From the NCBI GenBank assembly GCA_035454605.1, contig DATIGQ010000081.1, positions 6,151 to 70,150 of the forward strand: a stretch of DNA of 64,000 nucleotides, written 5' to 3'. Position numbers and translations under genes: made by a program. This DNA comes from Terriglobales bacterium (GTDB lineage Bacteria; Acidobacteriota; Terriglobia; Terriglobales; Acidobacteriaceae). This document shows positions 37,641 through 47,707 of the stretch, one piece after another; the stretch's first letter is position 1; the number at the start of each line of letters is the position of its first letter. The notes below the pieces were generated by a model. It worked only from the letters and a program-made list of their open reading frames with translations. It was not told where the DNA came from and did no database searches.

Positions 37641-39449
37641 TCATTTTTCGCCTTCGCCCACGCGCAGCACAGCCAGAAATGCTTCCTGTGGAATGTCCAC
37701 CCTCCCGATGCGCTTCATGCGCTTCTTGCCTTCCTTCTGCTTCTCCAGCAGCTTGCGCTTGCGGGTGATGTCGCCGCCATAGCACTTGGCCAAAACATTC
37801 TTCCGCACTGCGGCCACGGTCTCGCGGGCGATGACTTTGCCTCCGACCGCCGCCTGTATGGCAACTTCGAACATCTGGCGCGGAATCAGTTCCCGCATCT
37901 TGGAGGCCAGAGCGCGCCCACGCTCGTAGGCAAAATCGCGATGCACGATCAGCGACAGCGCATCCACCGGCTCACCCGCCACCAGGATGTCCAGCTTCAC
38001 CATCGGCGACTCCCAGGTACCGGAGAGGTGATAGTCGAGCGAGGCGTACCCCCGCGACACCGACTTGAGCCGGTCGTAAAAATCGAGCACGATCTCGTTC
38101 AGAGGCAGTTCGTAATTCAGCATCACGCGGGACGCGCTCACATACTCGAACGCCTTCTGCCGTCCACGTTTCTCTTCCACCAGCTTCAGGATGCCGCCCA
38201 CGTACTCTTCCGACGTCAGGATGGTGGCCAGGATCACCGGCTCTTCAATCTTCTTGATCTCGCTCTGCGGTGGCCACTTGGCCGGATTGTCCACTTCGAT
38301 CACCTGGCCGTCTGTCCGCGTGATCTTGTAGCGGACACTCGGTGCTGTCGTGATCAGGTCGAGGCCGAATTCCCGCTCCAGCCGCTCCTGGATGATCTCC
38401 ATGTGCAACAGTCCCAGGAAACCGCAGCGGAACCCGAAGCCTAGGGCCGCCGAACTTTCCGGCTCGAAGAAGAAGGAGGAATCGTTCAGCCGCAGTTTTT
38501 CCAGGGCTTCGCGCAACTGGGTGTGCTCATGGGCGTCCACCGTGTACATGCCGGCGAAGACCATGGGCTTGATCTCTTCAAAACCCGGCAGCGGCTCGAT
38601 GGCCGGGCGGGCGTCGTCGGTAATGGTGTCGCCGATCTTGCTGTCGGCCACATTCTTGATATTGGCGTAGAGGAAGCCCACTTCGCCCGCCATGAGTTGC
38701 TCCACTTCTACCGGCTTGGGCGTCAACACTCCCAGCGTTTCCACCTCGAACACGTTGCCGTTTGACCACAGCCGGATCTTCTGGCCGCGCCGCATCGTGC
38801 CGTGCACCACGCGCGCCAGCACGCACACGCCCCGATATGCATCGAACCAGGAATCGAACACTAGCGCCTGCAGCGGAGTGTTGGGCGAGCCCTTGGGCGG
38901 CGGCACGCGCTTGACGATCGCCTCCAGCACCTCCGGCACGCCCTGCCCGGTCTTGGCGCTCACCAGCAGCGCGTCCTCTGTGTCCAGTCCCACTGCCTGC
39001 TCGATCTGCTGCTTGCACCTCGCAATGTCTGCGCTCGCCAGGTCGATCTTGTTGATCACCGGGATGATTTCCAGACCGTGGTTGATCGCCAGGTAGGAAT
39101 TCGCTAGCGTCTGCGCCTCCACGCCTTGCGACGCGTCTACCACCAGCAGTGCGCCTTCACAGGAGGCGAGAGACCGTGAAACTTCGTAGGAGAAGTCCAC
39201 GTGGCCGGGCGTATCGATGAGGTTGAGCTGGTAGGTTTGCCCGTCGCGCGCCGTGTACATCATGCGCACGGCATGCGCCTTGATGGTAATGCCGCGCTCC
39301 CGCTCTAGGTCCATCGCGTCCAGCACCTGCTCCTGCATCTCCCGCGCGGAAAGTGCTCCGGTCAGCTCCAGCAACCGGTCGGCCAGGGTGCTCTTGCCGT
39401 GGTCGATGTGGGCGATGATGGCAAAGTTGCGGATGTAGTGGCGGTCCAT
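37641..39449 (-). CDS. lepA: Elongation factor 4 (LepA)
   Basis: [22 protein letters not shown]...DTPGHVDF...NKIDL, with the characteristic LepA C-terminus. Confidence 0.95.
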   Translation of the reverse strand: MDRHYIRNFAIIAHIDHGKSTLADRLLELTGALSAREMQEQVLDAMDLERERGITIKAHAVRMMYTARDGQTYQLNLIDTPGHVDFSYEVSRSLASCEGALLVVDASQGVEAQTLANSYLAINHGLEIIPVINKIDLASADIARCKQQIEQAVGLDTEDALLVSAKTGQGVPEVLEAIVKRVPPPKGSPNTPLQALVFDSWFDAYRGVCVLARVVHGTMRRGQKIRLWSNGNVFEVETLGVLTPKPVEVEQLMAGEVGFLYANIKNVADSKIGDTITDDARPAIEPLPGFEEIKPMVFAGMYTVDAHEHTQLREALEKLRLNDSSFFFEPESSAALGFGFRCGFLGLLHMEIIQERLEREFGLDLITTAPSVRYKITRTDGQVIEVDNPAKWPPQSEIKKIEEPVILATILTSEEYVGGILKLVEEKRGRQKAFEYVSASRVMLNYELPLNEIVLDFYDRLKSVSRGYASLDYHLSGTWESPMVKLDILVAGEPVDALSLIVHRDFAYERGRALASKMRELIPRQMFEVAIQAAVGGKVIARETVAAVRKNVLAKCYGGDITRKRKLLEKQKEGKKRMKRIGRVDIPQEAFLAVLRVGEGEK

Positions 39450-39570
39450 CGCTGCAGGTGGGAAGCCTTCATTGTAGCAGCCGCGGTTACCCGGCGCGCC
39501 CTGACTGGACTGCGCCCATTCCGTTGAACATGCCTTCGGAGGGACACGACTTCAGTTCTGGTGGATGACG

Positions 39571-39654
39571 ATTGTCATGCTGAGCGAAGCGAAGCATCCC
39601 TATACCAGGCGATCCTCTTGGGGCAGGGATTCCTCGCTGCGTTCGGAATCACAA
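39571..39654. repeat. Inverted pair of REP-like elements (MITE-like, 84 bp)
   Basis: Forward copy attgtcatgctgagcgaagcgaagcatcc (39571-39599). Reverse copy gggattcctcgctgcgttcggaatcacaa (39626-39654). Confidence 0.65.
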
Positions 39655-39682
39655 AAGAATCGCGGGGCCTTCCGGCCCCGCG
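39648..39682 (-). terminator. Rho-independent terminator downstream of the second TonB-dependent receptor
   Basis: cgcggggcc-ttcc-ggccccgcg (9-bp stem), followed on the minus strand by attcttttgtg. Confidence 0.6.
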
Positions 39683-39684
39683 TT

Positions 39685-39719
39685 CCCTGAAAACTGAGTA
39701 CTGGCAACTGAGAACTGTT
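39685..39719. repeat. 7-nt periodic array (5 heptads) starting at the receptor stop codon
   Basis: ccctgaa aactgag tactggc aactgag aactgtt. Confidence 0.7.
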
Positions 39720-39720
39720 T

Positions 39721-42700
39721 CTAAAAGCTGTACTTTACAGCAAACTGGAAGGCCCGCGCCCCGCCCGATCCAAAGAACCGCCCCGCGGTCTGCAGCGGCG
39801 TGTTGAACGCTGGCGAGGTGATCGCGTTGTTGAACCCCGAAAAGTTCCGGTTGTTGAACCCCCGGATGTTCGTTGTGTTGAAGAGGTTGAAGATCTCGGT
39901 AATGAATTGGAGGTTGTGCCGTTCCGCAAAGGTCCAGATCTTCGTCACGCGGAAGTCCAGCGAGCTGAAAGCATCGCCGAATTCCAGGTTCGGATCCACC
40001 AACGGCAGATCGGCCCCCTGCTGGCACGGGAAAGGCCGGCTGGCAGGCGGCGTCGTGGTGAAATCCGGGCACGGTGTCAGCGCATTCCACGCGGTGATGG
40101 CTGCGTTTAGTTCCGCGCCCGTCCTGATGTCCCTGCCCAGGGAGTTGCGCTGCAGGATAGGCAGACGAGAACTGAGTTCTGGCACGAAGGGATCCATGGG
40201 CACGCTGGAGGAAACGGTCAGGATCGGTGACACGCTGACGCTCCACGGCATCTCGAAGATGCCATAGAAGACAAACCGATGGCGCTCGTCCGTAGGTGCG
40301 TAGCCCTTTTCGATCCGCGGGTTGTTAGTGCCGAAGTTCAGGTTCACCGCATCTTCCGCAGCGTTGAAGGGAATCTGATCATCGTTGGCAAAGTTGTAGG
40401 TCTTCGACAACGTGTAGTTGATATTGAAACCCCACTTCCACGGCCCGCTGCCCGTTGGCCGCTTCTGCAAGCTGGCCAGCAATCCGCTGTACCAGGACTT
40501 GGCCGCTGAGGCGATCAACTGGATCCTGTCCTGGATGCCGGTCGCAGGATCGGTGACCGCGCAGGGATCGATTCCTCCCGAGGCCGGGCACGGCCCAGGG
40601 GGGCCTGAGGCGGGATCGATGACCAGCGGAACGGAAGGCAGCAGGCTGGTGCCTGCGCGCAGGAAGCGCCCAGTCAGGAGCCGCTGCCCGAAGTTGTGAA
40701 CTACATCTGCTGAAATGATCCAGTCCCTACCGAACTGCTGTTGCACCCCGAAGCTGAACTGATGGACCAGCGGCTGGCGCACGTTGTTGTCCACAAAATT
40801 GAAGCCGCCCAGCGGAATCGATCCAGGTGTTCCGACGAACGGGTTAGCCAGCGTTGGCGTGCCGGGATCAAACAGTGCACCCGGCAAGGAGCAGTCTCCA
40901 TCCACCGGGTCTACGTTGCTGCAGAAGGAGCCGCCCAGCGCTCCAATTTGCAACACGCGTCCGTCCACCAGCACTTCCAGGATGGGCACTTCGATCACCA
41001 CCCGGTCGTAGTAAATGCCATAGCCGCCGCGAACCACCGTGGTTCCCTTCTTGAACGGATCCCAGGCAAATCCGAAGCGGGGACCGAAGTTGTGAAACTT
41101 CGAAGCGTCATGCGGGCCCAGCACACTCCGCAACCAGACACATCCGGCGGTGGTGGTCAGGACGGTCGGGTCCGCACAGGGCTGGCTGAGCGGGCCCTCA
41201 CCGAGCACATCGTCATCGAAATCCCACCGTAGTCCCAGATTTAGCGTCAGGTTTGAGGCTACTTTCCAGTCATCCTGGAAATAGAGCCCGAAATAGTTGT
41301 TCCGGTAAAACGGCGCCGTCGGCGGACGCATCGGCGCCGTGCCTAGCACGGTCAGCAGTACGGGAATGTCCAGGTCGTTGACGACCCCGTCATTGTTTCG
41401 GTCCTGGGCGGCAAAGTCTTCCACGGTGAAGATACTGCCGCTCCCGAACAGGTCAAAGACCACGTCGGAACCAGCGTTCTGCCATTCCCCGCCGAAGCGG
41501 ATGGTGTGTTTGCCCACCGTCCACGAGAAGTTGTCCTTGACCTGGTAACGGTTCATCCGCGTGCGCTGGGGGATGCGGAAGTTAGCCCCGTCCTGCAGGC
41601 CGCCGGAAAGGAAGCGGATCTCGTGCCCGGCGGCCAACCCTGCAGGTTCTGTCAGCGGTGTATTTTCGTCGAACGACGGGATCTCGTTGATGAACAGATC
41701 CACGTGAAACAGCAGATTATTGACCCTGTTGTTCCCGATCTGCCGCGTCCAGTCGGTCACGATCGAGTTAAAGCGGTTCAGCGAACTCTGCCGGTTGGCG
41801 GCCGACCCCGTGCCCAATGCCAAGCTGCCATTCGCCACTTCCAGCGAGCGGTTGAAGGAGTAGCGGATGAAGAAGTTGTCATTGTCGGAGAGCTTGAAGT
41901 CGGCGCGCGAGTTCAGCAGCACGTCGTCCAATGGCGCTGCCGCGGCCGTGCGGATGATGCAGTCGGGCGACTGGGTGACGCTGCAGGTGGCATAGTTGGC
42001 GAGGTCACGCTCGCCGACCGGCACAGCCGCATCCTGGTTCCGGTTCTCTACCGAAACGAACCAAAAGGCCTTGTCCCGCTTGATGGGTCCACCCAGCGAC
42101 CCCCCGAACTGTTCCCGGTCGAACGGGGGCTTGGGTTGGCCGACTAACAGAGCGTCCTGCCACTGCAGTTCCTTGTGCCGGAAGAAGAAGAACGCCCCGC
42201 CGTGCCAGGTGTTCGTTCCCGACTTGGTGATGATGTTGATGATGCTCGAGCCCGAGCGGCCCACCTCGGCGGTGAACCGGTTAGTCGCGATCTGGAACTC
42301 CTGCACGCCGTCCTGCGGGAAGTTGGCCAGCGTGCCGCCCACTACCTCGTCGTTGTTGTCGCCGCCGTCCACGGTGATATTGCCACCACGGCCGAACGCG
42401 CCAGCCGACGAAACTTCCAGCGTGTTGGTCTTGGTAGGATCGTAGTTCGTCGCTGGCCGGTTCCCGGGCAGCAGGTACGCCAGTTCCAGGAAATTGCGTC
42501 CGTTCAGCGGAATGCTCTCCACGGTGCTGGACCCGATCACGCCCTGCACCTGCGACTGCGTGAGCTCTACGCCGACTTCCTGGCTGCTCACGGTGATGAC
42601 CTCTCCTGCCTGCGCCACCTTCAGGGGCGCGTTGAAAGTCCGGGCCACACCCACGTCCAGATGCAGGTCCTTGGTTTCCTGCGTGGCGAACCCCTGGGCC

Positions 42701-42939
42701 TCCACACGCATCGTATAGTCGCCCGGCACCAAGTTGGCGAACGTGTAGTTGCCATCCACGCCAGTGGTGTATTCCCGGGTGGCGCCGGTCGCCGTCTGCG
42801 TTAGCGTGACCTTGGCTCCGCTGACCACCGCGCCTTGCGGGTCCGTCACCGTTCCATTCAACGTGGAAGTGGGCAACTGGGCCCAGCCCACCGCGCACAC
42901 CAGCATGACCGCCATCATCCACTTCATTGTGACGCGCAT
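39721..42939 (-). CDS. TonB-dependent receptor with carboxypeptidase-regulatory-like domain (1072 aa)
   Basis: AGGAGG SD and a signal peptide. GTVTDPQGAVVSGAKVTLTQ, plug ESIPLNGRNFLEL, C-terminal ...FQFAVKYSF. Confidence 0.9.
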   Translation of the reverse strand: MRVTMKWMMAVMLVCAVGWAQLPTSTLNGTVTDPQGAVVSGAKVTLTQTATGATREYTTGVDGNYTFANLVPGDYTMRVEAQGFATQETKDLHLDVGVARTFNAPLKVAQAGEVITVSSQEVGVELTQSQVQGVIGSSTVESIPLNGRNFLELAYLLPGNRPATNYDPTKTNTLEVSSAGAFGRGGNITVDGGDNNDEVVGGTLANFPQDGVQEFQIATNRFTAEVGRSGSSIINIITKSGTNTWHGGAFFFFRHKELQWQDALLVGQPKPPFDREQFGGSLGGPIKRDKAFWFVSVENRNQDAAVPVGERDLANYATCSVTQSPDCIIRTAAAAPLDDVLLNSRADFKLSDNDNFFIRYSFNRSLEVANGSLALGTGSAANRQSSLNRFNSIVTDWTRQIGNNRVNNLLFHVDLFINEIPSFDENTPLTEPAGLAAGHEIRFLSGGLQDGANFRIPQRTRMNRYQVKDNFSWTVGKHTIRFGGEWQNAGSDVVFDLFGSGSIFTVEDFAAQDRNNDGVVNDLDIPVLLTVLGTAPMRPPTAPFYRNNYFGLYFQDDWKVASNLTLNLGLRWDFDDDVLGEGPLSQPCADPTVLTTTAGCVWLRSVLGPHDASKFHNFGPRFGFAWDPFKKGTTVVRGGYGIYYDRVVIEVPILEVLVDGRVLQIGALGGSFCSNVDPVDGDCSLPGALFDPGTPTLANPFVGTPGSIPLGGFNFVDNNVRQPLVHQFSFGVQQQFGRDWIISADVVHNFGQRLLTGRFLRAGTSLLPSVPLVIDPASGPPGPCPASGGIDPCAVTDPATGIQDRIQLIASAAKSWYSGLLASLQKRPTGSGPWKWGFNINYTLSKTYNFANDDQIPFNAAEDAVNLNFGTNNPRIEKGYAPTDERHRFVFYGIFEMPWSVSVSPILTVSSSVPMDPFVPELSSRLPILQRNSLGRDIRTGAELNAAITAWNALTPCPDFTTTPPASRPFPCQQGADLPLVDPNLEFGDAFSSLDFRVTKIWTFAERHNLQFITEIFNLFNTTNIRGFNNRNFSGFNNAITSPAFNTPLQTAGRFFGSGGARAFQFAVKYSF

Positions 42940-43211
42940 GAGAACCTCCTTTGAGAGTTCTCGTTGGTTATCTTGTTTTGTTCTTAGAAGTCGAACGCCA
43001 AAGATGCTGATTCAGCCCGCGTGTAGCACGCCCGCCCTCACAGCACCCCGGTGCCTCCTCTGGATGTGCTATAGCCGGAGAGGTTACACCTAACCACGAT
43101 TCCGAAGTCAATAGCACCTCCACGGACGGCATTCAGAAGAGCAGGCGGGCGCCCGTACGGACCGAAACGTATGTGTGGCTGATTGGCCGGTCTTGTAGAA
43201 TCGGCGGGCGA

Positions 43212-43772
43212 ATGGCTCTCGTCCTCGTCTCCGCCTCGCCTCGCCGCCAGGAGCTCCTGCGGAATGCCGGAATCGCCTTCACGGTGGAGGCCTCCGACGT
43301 GCCTGAGCGCCCTCGGCCGCGCGAATCGCCGTTGGCCTTCGCCAAGCGCCTCGCACGCGAGAAGGCCGCCGGGGTGTTCGCTCGTCGCCCCCAGGATTTC
43401 GTCCTCGGCGCGGACACCATCGTGGTCGTGGGTCGGGAGATCCTGGGCAAGCCCCGCGATTCGGCTGACGCTCGCCGCATGCTGCGTCGGCTCTCCGGCC
43501 GCACCCACAGCGTCATCACCGCCGTATGCCTGGTGGGTCCGGAATTCGAAGATGTCGCCCTGCAGACCACGCGTGTCACCTTCGCACCACTAACGGAAAC
43601 CGAAATCCGCGACTACGTGGCGGCTGGCGAGCCCCTCGACAAAGCTGGCGCCTACGCCATTCAGGGCCTGGCTTCGCGCTGGGTTTCAGGTATCGAGGGC
43701 TGCTACTTCAATGTGGTGGGATTGCCCGTGCCTTTGGTCTATGCCATGCTGCGCCGGCACGGCGTGATCTGA
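43212..43772 (+). CDS. maf: Maf-like nucleoside triphosphate pyrophosphatase
   Basis: LVLVSASPRRQELLRNAGI...GADTIVV...DKAGAYAIQG. Confidence 0.9.
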   Translation: MALVLVSASPRRQELLRNAGIAFTVEASDVPERPRPRESPLAFAKRLAREKAAGVFARRPQDFVLGADTIVVVGREILGKPRDSADARRMLRRLSGRTHSVITAVCLVGPEFEDVALQTTRVTFAPLTETEIRDYVAAGEPLDKAGAYAIQGLASRWVSGIEGCYFNVVGLPVPLVYAMLRRHGVI

Positions 43773-43780
43773 TGGTCTTA

Positions 43781-43815
43781 CTTCGCAGATCGCCGATCGC
43801 AGATCACAGATTGGC
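43781..43815. repeat. 7-nt periodic array (5 heptads) after maf
   Basis: cttcgca gatcgcc gatcgca gatcaca gattggc. Confidence 0.65.
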
Positions 43816-43874
43816 TGTCTACCCGTAGAGGTGTTCGAGGAGTGAAACAGTGAGGAGCGCGTGAACAGTCCCGC

Positions 43875-44039
43875 CTAACTTTTTTTCTCGCCTTCTTTCT
43901 CGCCGTCCTTCAGGGCTGACTTGAAGTTGCGGATGCCTTCGCCAAGTCCTTTGCCCAGTTCGGAAAGACGGCCAGCGCCGAAGATCAGCAGCGCCAACGC
44001 CAGCAGCAGGATGATTTCCGGCATGCCGATTTTGCCCAT
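43875..44039 (-). CDS. tatA: Twin-arginine translocase subunit TatA/E (54 aa; below the ORF-track length cutoff)
   Basis: Hand-translated: [59 protein letters not shown] lies 5 nt upstream of the ATG. Confidence 0.85.
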   Translation of the reverse strand: MGKIGMPEIILLLALALLIFGAGRLSELGKGLGEGIRNFKSALKDGEKEGEKKS

Positions 44040-44117
44040 GGAACCTCCGAATCTGCCTCGATTCTAGGCTTCCCCAACCACTGAGTCAAAGAGCCGGCCA
44101 GCGCCCGCACCTGGCCT

Positions 44118-45284
44118 CTAACCTTCGATGGAAGAAATCAGGCCGGCCACTAGCGCCGCCTTCCACGGCAGCGCATCCAACACCACCTGTTCGTGCCGGG
44201 CATGCGCTCCCTCACCCAGGCCTCCCAGCCCGTCGAGTGTCGGCACGCCCAGCGCCGCGGTAAAGTTGCCGTCCGAGCCGCCCCCGGTCGCTGATTCCTG
44301 TAGGTCCACCCCAAGACCGCCCGCCACTTCGCACGCCAGTTTGTAGAGCGCCTCCACACCCTTGGTCCGCTCCATGGGCGGACGATTCACGCCTCCGCTG
44401 AGTTCCAACTTGCAGCGCTCATCCTTGGGTCGCAAGGAGCGGAACTTGCGTTCGATGCGCGGCGCATCGCTCATACGCGAGACCCGCACGTCCACCGCTG
44501 CCCAGGCCTCGGCCGCTACCACGTTGGTCCGCGTTCCGCCGCTGATCACCCCCACATTCACGGTCAGGCCGCGTTCGTAATCCGTGAACTTCTCGATCTT
44601 CGCGATCAGCCGGGCCAGCTCATGGATCGCGCTGGCGCCTTTCTGTGGCTCGATCCCGGCGTGTGCCGGCACGCCGGTCACCTTCACTCGATACTCGCCC
44701 ACTCCCTTGCGTGACGTTTTCACTGCGCCCCCCGCGCCGGTTGCGGGCTCCAACACCAGAACCGCCGCCGACTCCTTCGCCAGCCGTTCCGTAATTGCCC
44801 GCGACGAATCGCTACCCACTTCCTCGTCCGAGACCAGGAACACCCGCACGGGGCGAGGCAGTGAACCACGCGTCTCCAGCAGCCCTTCGATCGCGTACAT
44901 CATCAGCGTGATGCCCGCCTTCATGTCGTACACGCCTGGCCCGTAGGCCCGTCCGTCCGCGATGCGGAACGGCATGCTCGCCAGCGTGCCCAACTCCCAC
45001 ACCGTGTCGTAGTGGCCAAGCAGCAGCACCGGCTTGCCCGCGCCGCCCGTGAACTCCGCCTCCACGTGGTCCCCGAACTTCTCGGCGTGATGCAGCTGCG
45101 CCCGCCCTCCCAGGCGCGTGAAGGTCTCCGCCAGGTGAGCGGCCAGGCGGTCCGCCGCCGCCTTGTCATCGCTGGGCGACTCCATCTCCACCAGCCGCCG
45201 CAGCGTCTGCGTTATCTCCGCCTGCCGCTGCTGGAAGTAACGCAGCAGGTCGGGCACACTATGTGTTATGGATGTTCCAGTCAT
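44118..45284 (-). CDS. M20-family metallopeptidase (carboxypeptidase G2-like)
   Basis: LLLGHYDTVW...VFLVSDEEVGS...GVPAHAG. Confidence 0.85.
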   Translation of the reverse strand: MTGTSITHSVPDLLRYFQQRQAEITQTLRRLVEMESPSDDKAAADRLAAHLAETFTRLGGRAQLHHAEKFGDHVEAEFTGGAGKPVLLLGHYDTVWELGTLASMPFRIADGRAYGPGVYDMKAGITLMMYAIEGLLETRGSLPRPVRVFLVSDEEVGSDSSRAITERLAKESAAVLVLEPATGAGGAVKTSRKGVGEYRVKVTGVPAHAGIEPQKGASAIHELARLIAKIEKFTDYERGLTVNVGVISGGTRTNVVAAEAWAAVDVRVSRMSDAPRIERKFRSLRPKDERCKLELSGGVNRPPMERTKGVEALYKLACEVAGGLGVDLQESATGGGSDGNFTAALGVPTLDGLGGLGEGAHARHEQVVLDALPWKAALVAGLISSIEG

Positions 45285-45442
45285 AGATATAAGTATAACA
45301 AATTATAGGGATTCTTCTCTCCTCGCGGGTACCACCCGGTTCCCTCCAGGCACGCTTCGCGCCCTGCTTCCCTGCATCCACTATAATCGTGGCCCGGCGC
45401 GGAAGAGCAACTCGCAGGTTGCTTGGCCGCGTCCAGACTTAC

Positions 45443-45970
45443 ATGACCGACCACGCCAAGACTGAACTCTCTGAAACTCTCTCCGAGCCTCGCACCACGC
45501 TTTCTATCGTCGAGATCCAGAAGATCCTGCCGCACCGCTATCCTTTCCTGCTCATCGACCGGGTCATCGACCTCACGCGCAAGCAGCGCATCGTGGCCAT
45601 CAAGAACGTGAGCGTGAACGAGCCCTATTTCGCCGGCCACTTTCCCGGACAGCCCATCATGCCGGGCGTGCTGATCGTGGAAGCCATCGCCCAGGCCGGC
45701 GGCGCGCTGCTGCTCACCGAAGTCGAGGACCGCGACGACAAGCTCATGGTGTTCACCGGCATCGAGCGCGCCCGTTTCCGCAAGCCGGTGCTGCCCGGTG
45801 ATCAGCTTCGCATCGAGGTCGAGGTCGTGGCCTGGCGCATCACCGCCGTCCGCATGCAGGGCAAGGCTTACGTCGGCGACAAACTGGCCTGTGAGGCGAC
45901 CGTCAGCTGTGCGCTGGTCGATCGCCGCCGCGCCCAGGCTTCGGAAGAAGCCGGCGCGCCTGAAGGATAG
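45443..45970 (+). CDS. fabZ: 3-hydroxyacyl-ACP dehydratase FabZ
   Basis: ILPHRYPFLLIDRV...NEPYFAGHFPGQPIMPGVLIVEAIAQ. Confidence 0.95.
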   Translation: MTDHAKTELSETLSEPRTTLSIVEIQKILPHRYPFLLIDRVIDLTRKQRIVAIKNVSVNEPYFAGHFPGQPIMPGVLIVEAIAQAGGALLLTEVEDRDDKLMVFTGIERARFRKPVLPGDQLRIEVEVVAWRITAVRMQGKAYVGDKLACEATVSCALVDRRRAQASEEAGAPEG

Positions 45971-45972
45971 CC

Positions 45973-46000
45973 TCGAAACCGGAACTTGAGACTCGAGACT
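45973..46000. repeat. 7-nt periodic array (4 heptads) spanning the fabZ-lpxA junction and the lpxA TTG start
   Basis: tcgaaac cggaact tgagact cgagact. Confidence 0.6.
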
Positions 46001-46783
46001 CCAACCAACATCCACCCCACCGCGATCATCGATCCCGGCGCCGTGATTCCCGCCACCTGCCGCATCGGACCCTACTGCGTCATCGGACCGGAAGTCGTAA
46101 TGGGCGAGCACTGCGAACTCATTTCGCATGTCGCCATGCAGGGACCGACGCGCATGGGAAGCCACAACCGCATCTTCCCCTTCGCTTCGGTCGGCCTCGA
46201 TCCCCAGGACCTGAAATTCACACCCGCCGAGAAAACGCGCCTGGAAATCGGCGACCACAATACCATCCGCGAGTGCGTCACCATCCATCGCGGCACTAAG
46301 GATGGTGGTGGTGTCACCCGCATCGGCAGCCACACGCTCATCATGGCTTATGCGCACATCGCTCACGACTGCATCATCGGCGACCACGCCATGCTGGCCA
46401 ACGCGGCCACGCTCGCCGGCCACGTCACCATCGAGGACTGGGCGGTAGTAGGAGCCCTCTGCCCGGTGCACCAGTTCGTGCGCGTTGGAACGCACGCCTA
46501 TATCGGCGGGGGCACCGTGATCACTCAGGATGTTCTGCCCTTTTCGCTCACCAGTGCCAAACGGGAAGTTCACGCTTACAGCTTCAACCGGGTCGGCTTG
46601 GAACGCCGCGGCTTCAGCCCGGATCGCATCCGCAAACTTCACCACGCGTACAAGGTCCTGCTCGCTTCCAAGCTCAATACCGGCCAGGCCCTTGCGAAGC
46701 TCAAGGGCGAAGGTGATCTGGGCGAAGACGTCGCCCTGCTTATTCGCTTCATCGAAGGCTCCCAGCGCGGCGTGATCAAGTAG
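45986..46783 (+). CDS. lpxA: Acyl-ACP--UDP-N-acetylglucosamine O-acyltransferase LpxA
   Basis: IHPTAIIDPGAVIP... hexapeptide repeats, then ...RIGSHTLIMAYAHIAHDC. The only in-frame start before the conserved region is TTG 45986. Confidence 0.9.
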   Translation: MRLETPTNIHPTAIIDPGAVIPATCRIGPYCVIGPEVVMGEHCELISHVAMQGPTRMGSHNRIFPFASVGLDPQDLKFTPAEKTRLEIGDHNTIRECVTIHRGTKDGGGVTRIGSHTLIMAYAHIAHDCIIGDHAMLANAATLAGHVTIEDWAVVGALCPVHQFVRVGTHAYIGGGTVITQDVLPFSLTSAKREVHAYSFNRVGLERRGFSPDRIRKLHHAYKVLLASKLNTGQALAKLKGEGDLGEDVALLIRFIEGSQRGVIK

Positions 46784-46791
46784 GTGCAGCC

Positions 46792-47634
46792 ATGCCCGAA
46801 CGCCTCGGTCTGATCGCCGGCAACGGTCGCTTCCCCCTCCTGGTGCTGGAGGCCGCCCGCGCTCGCGGCGCCGAGGTGGTCGTAGCCGCCATCAAGGAAG
46901 AGACCTGGCCGGAGATCGAATCGCGCGGCGCCGCCGCCGTCCACTGGTTGTCGCTGGGTGAGCTCAGCCGCCTCATCGAGACCTTCAAGCAGGCCGGCGT
47001 CACTCGCGCCGTCATGGCCGGTCAGGTCCGGCACAAGCAGATCTTTTCTTCCATCAAGCCGGACTGGCGTCTGGCCAAGCTGCTGCTCTCACTCCGCTCG
47101 CGCAACACGGACGCCATCATTGGGGCCGTCGCGAACGTGCTCGCCGATGAAGGCATCGTGTTGATGGACTCGACCGCCTATCTTGAGCCGCTGCTCGCCG
47201 CCGCTGGCGTGCTCACCAAACGCAGGCCCACCGCCGAGGAAGCTGCCGATATTGCCTACGGTCGCAACGTCGCGCGGCACCTGACGCAGTACGACATCGG
47301 ACAGACGGTGGTCGTGGCCGGCGCCGCCTGTGTTGCGGTCGAGGCCATGGAAGGCACCGATGCCGCCATCCTGCGCGCCGGCGAAATCATGAAAAGCCTC
47401 GAAGGCTCGGCTTCCACCGTGCCGCGTTCGCTCACCGTCGTGAAAGTCGCGAAACCCGGCCAGGACATGCGCTTCGACGTCCCGGTAGTCGGCCTGCCCA
47501 CCCTCGACGCCATGCGCCGCGCCGGCGCCACCTGCCTCGCCCTCGACGCCGGCAAATGCCTCCTCCTCGACGGCGACGCCATGATCCACGCCGCCGACGA
47601 CACCGGCATCGCCATCCAGGCCGACCCTGTCTAG
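46792..47634 (+). CDS. lpxI: UDP-2,3-diacylglucosamine hydrolase LpxI (DUF1009)
   Basis: LGLIAGNGRFPLL...YDIGQTVVV...AVEAMEGTDAAILRAG. Confidence 0.85.
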   Translation: MPERLGLIAGNGRFPLLVLEAARARGAEVVVAAIKEETWPEIESRGAAAVHWLSLGELSRLIETFKQAGVTRAVMAGQVRHKQIFSSIKPDWRLAKLLLSLRSRNTDAIIGAVANVLADEGIVLMDSTAYLEPLLAAAGVLTKRRPTAEEAADIAYGRNVARHLTQYDIGQTVVVAGAACVAVEAMEGTDAAILRAGEIMKSLEGSASTVPRSLTVVKVAKPGQDMRFDVPVVGLPTLDAMRRAGATCLALDAGKCLLLDGDAMIHAADDTGIAIQADPV

Positions 47635-47659
47635 TCTTGCTAAGCCGGACGAGAAGTTT

Positions 47660-47707
47660 TGGAACGACTTGCTTGAAACTCGAAACTAAAAACTGGAAAC
47701 TGTCTGT
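47660..47707. repeat. 7-nt periodic array (~7 heptads) after lpxI
   Basis: tggaacg acttgct tgaaact cgaaact aaaaact ggaaact gtctgt. Confidence 0.75.

Noticed and set aside
47668-47680. A TGCTTGAAAC half-site identical to one arm of the 6754-6773 operator, found after lpxI.
   Set aside because: It has no inverted partner (TCAAGCA) nearby and is part of a heptad array. This is probably a coincidence rather than a second operator.
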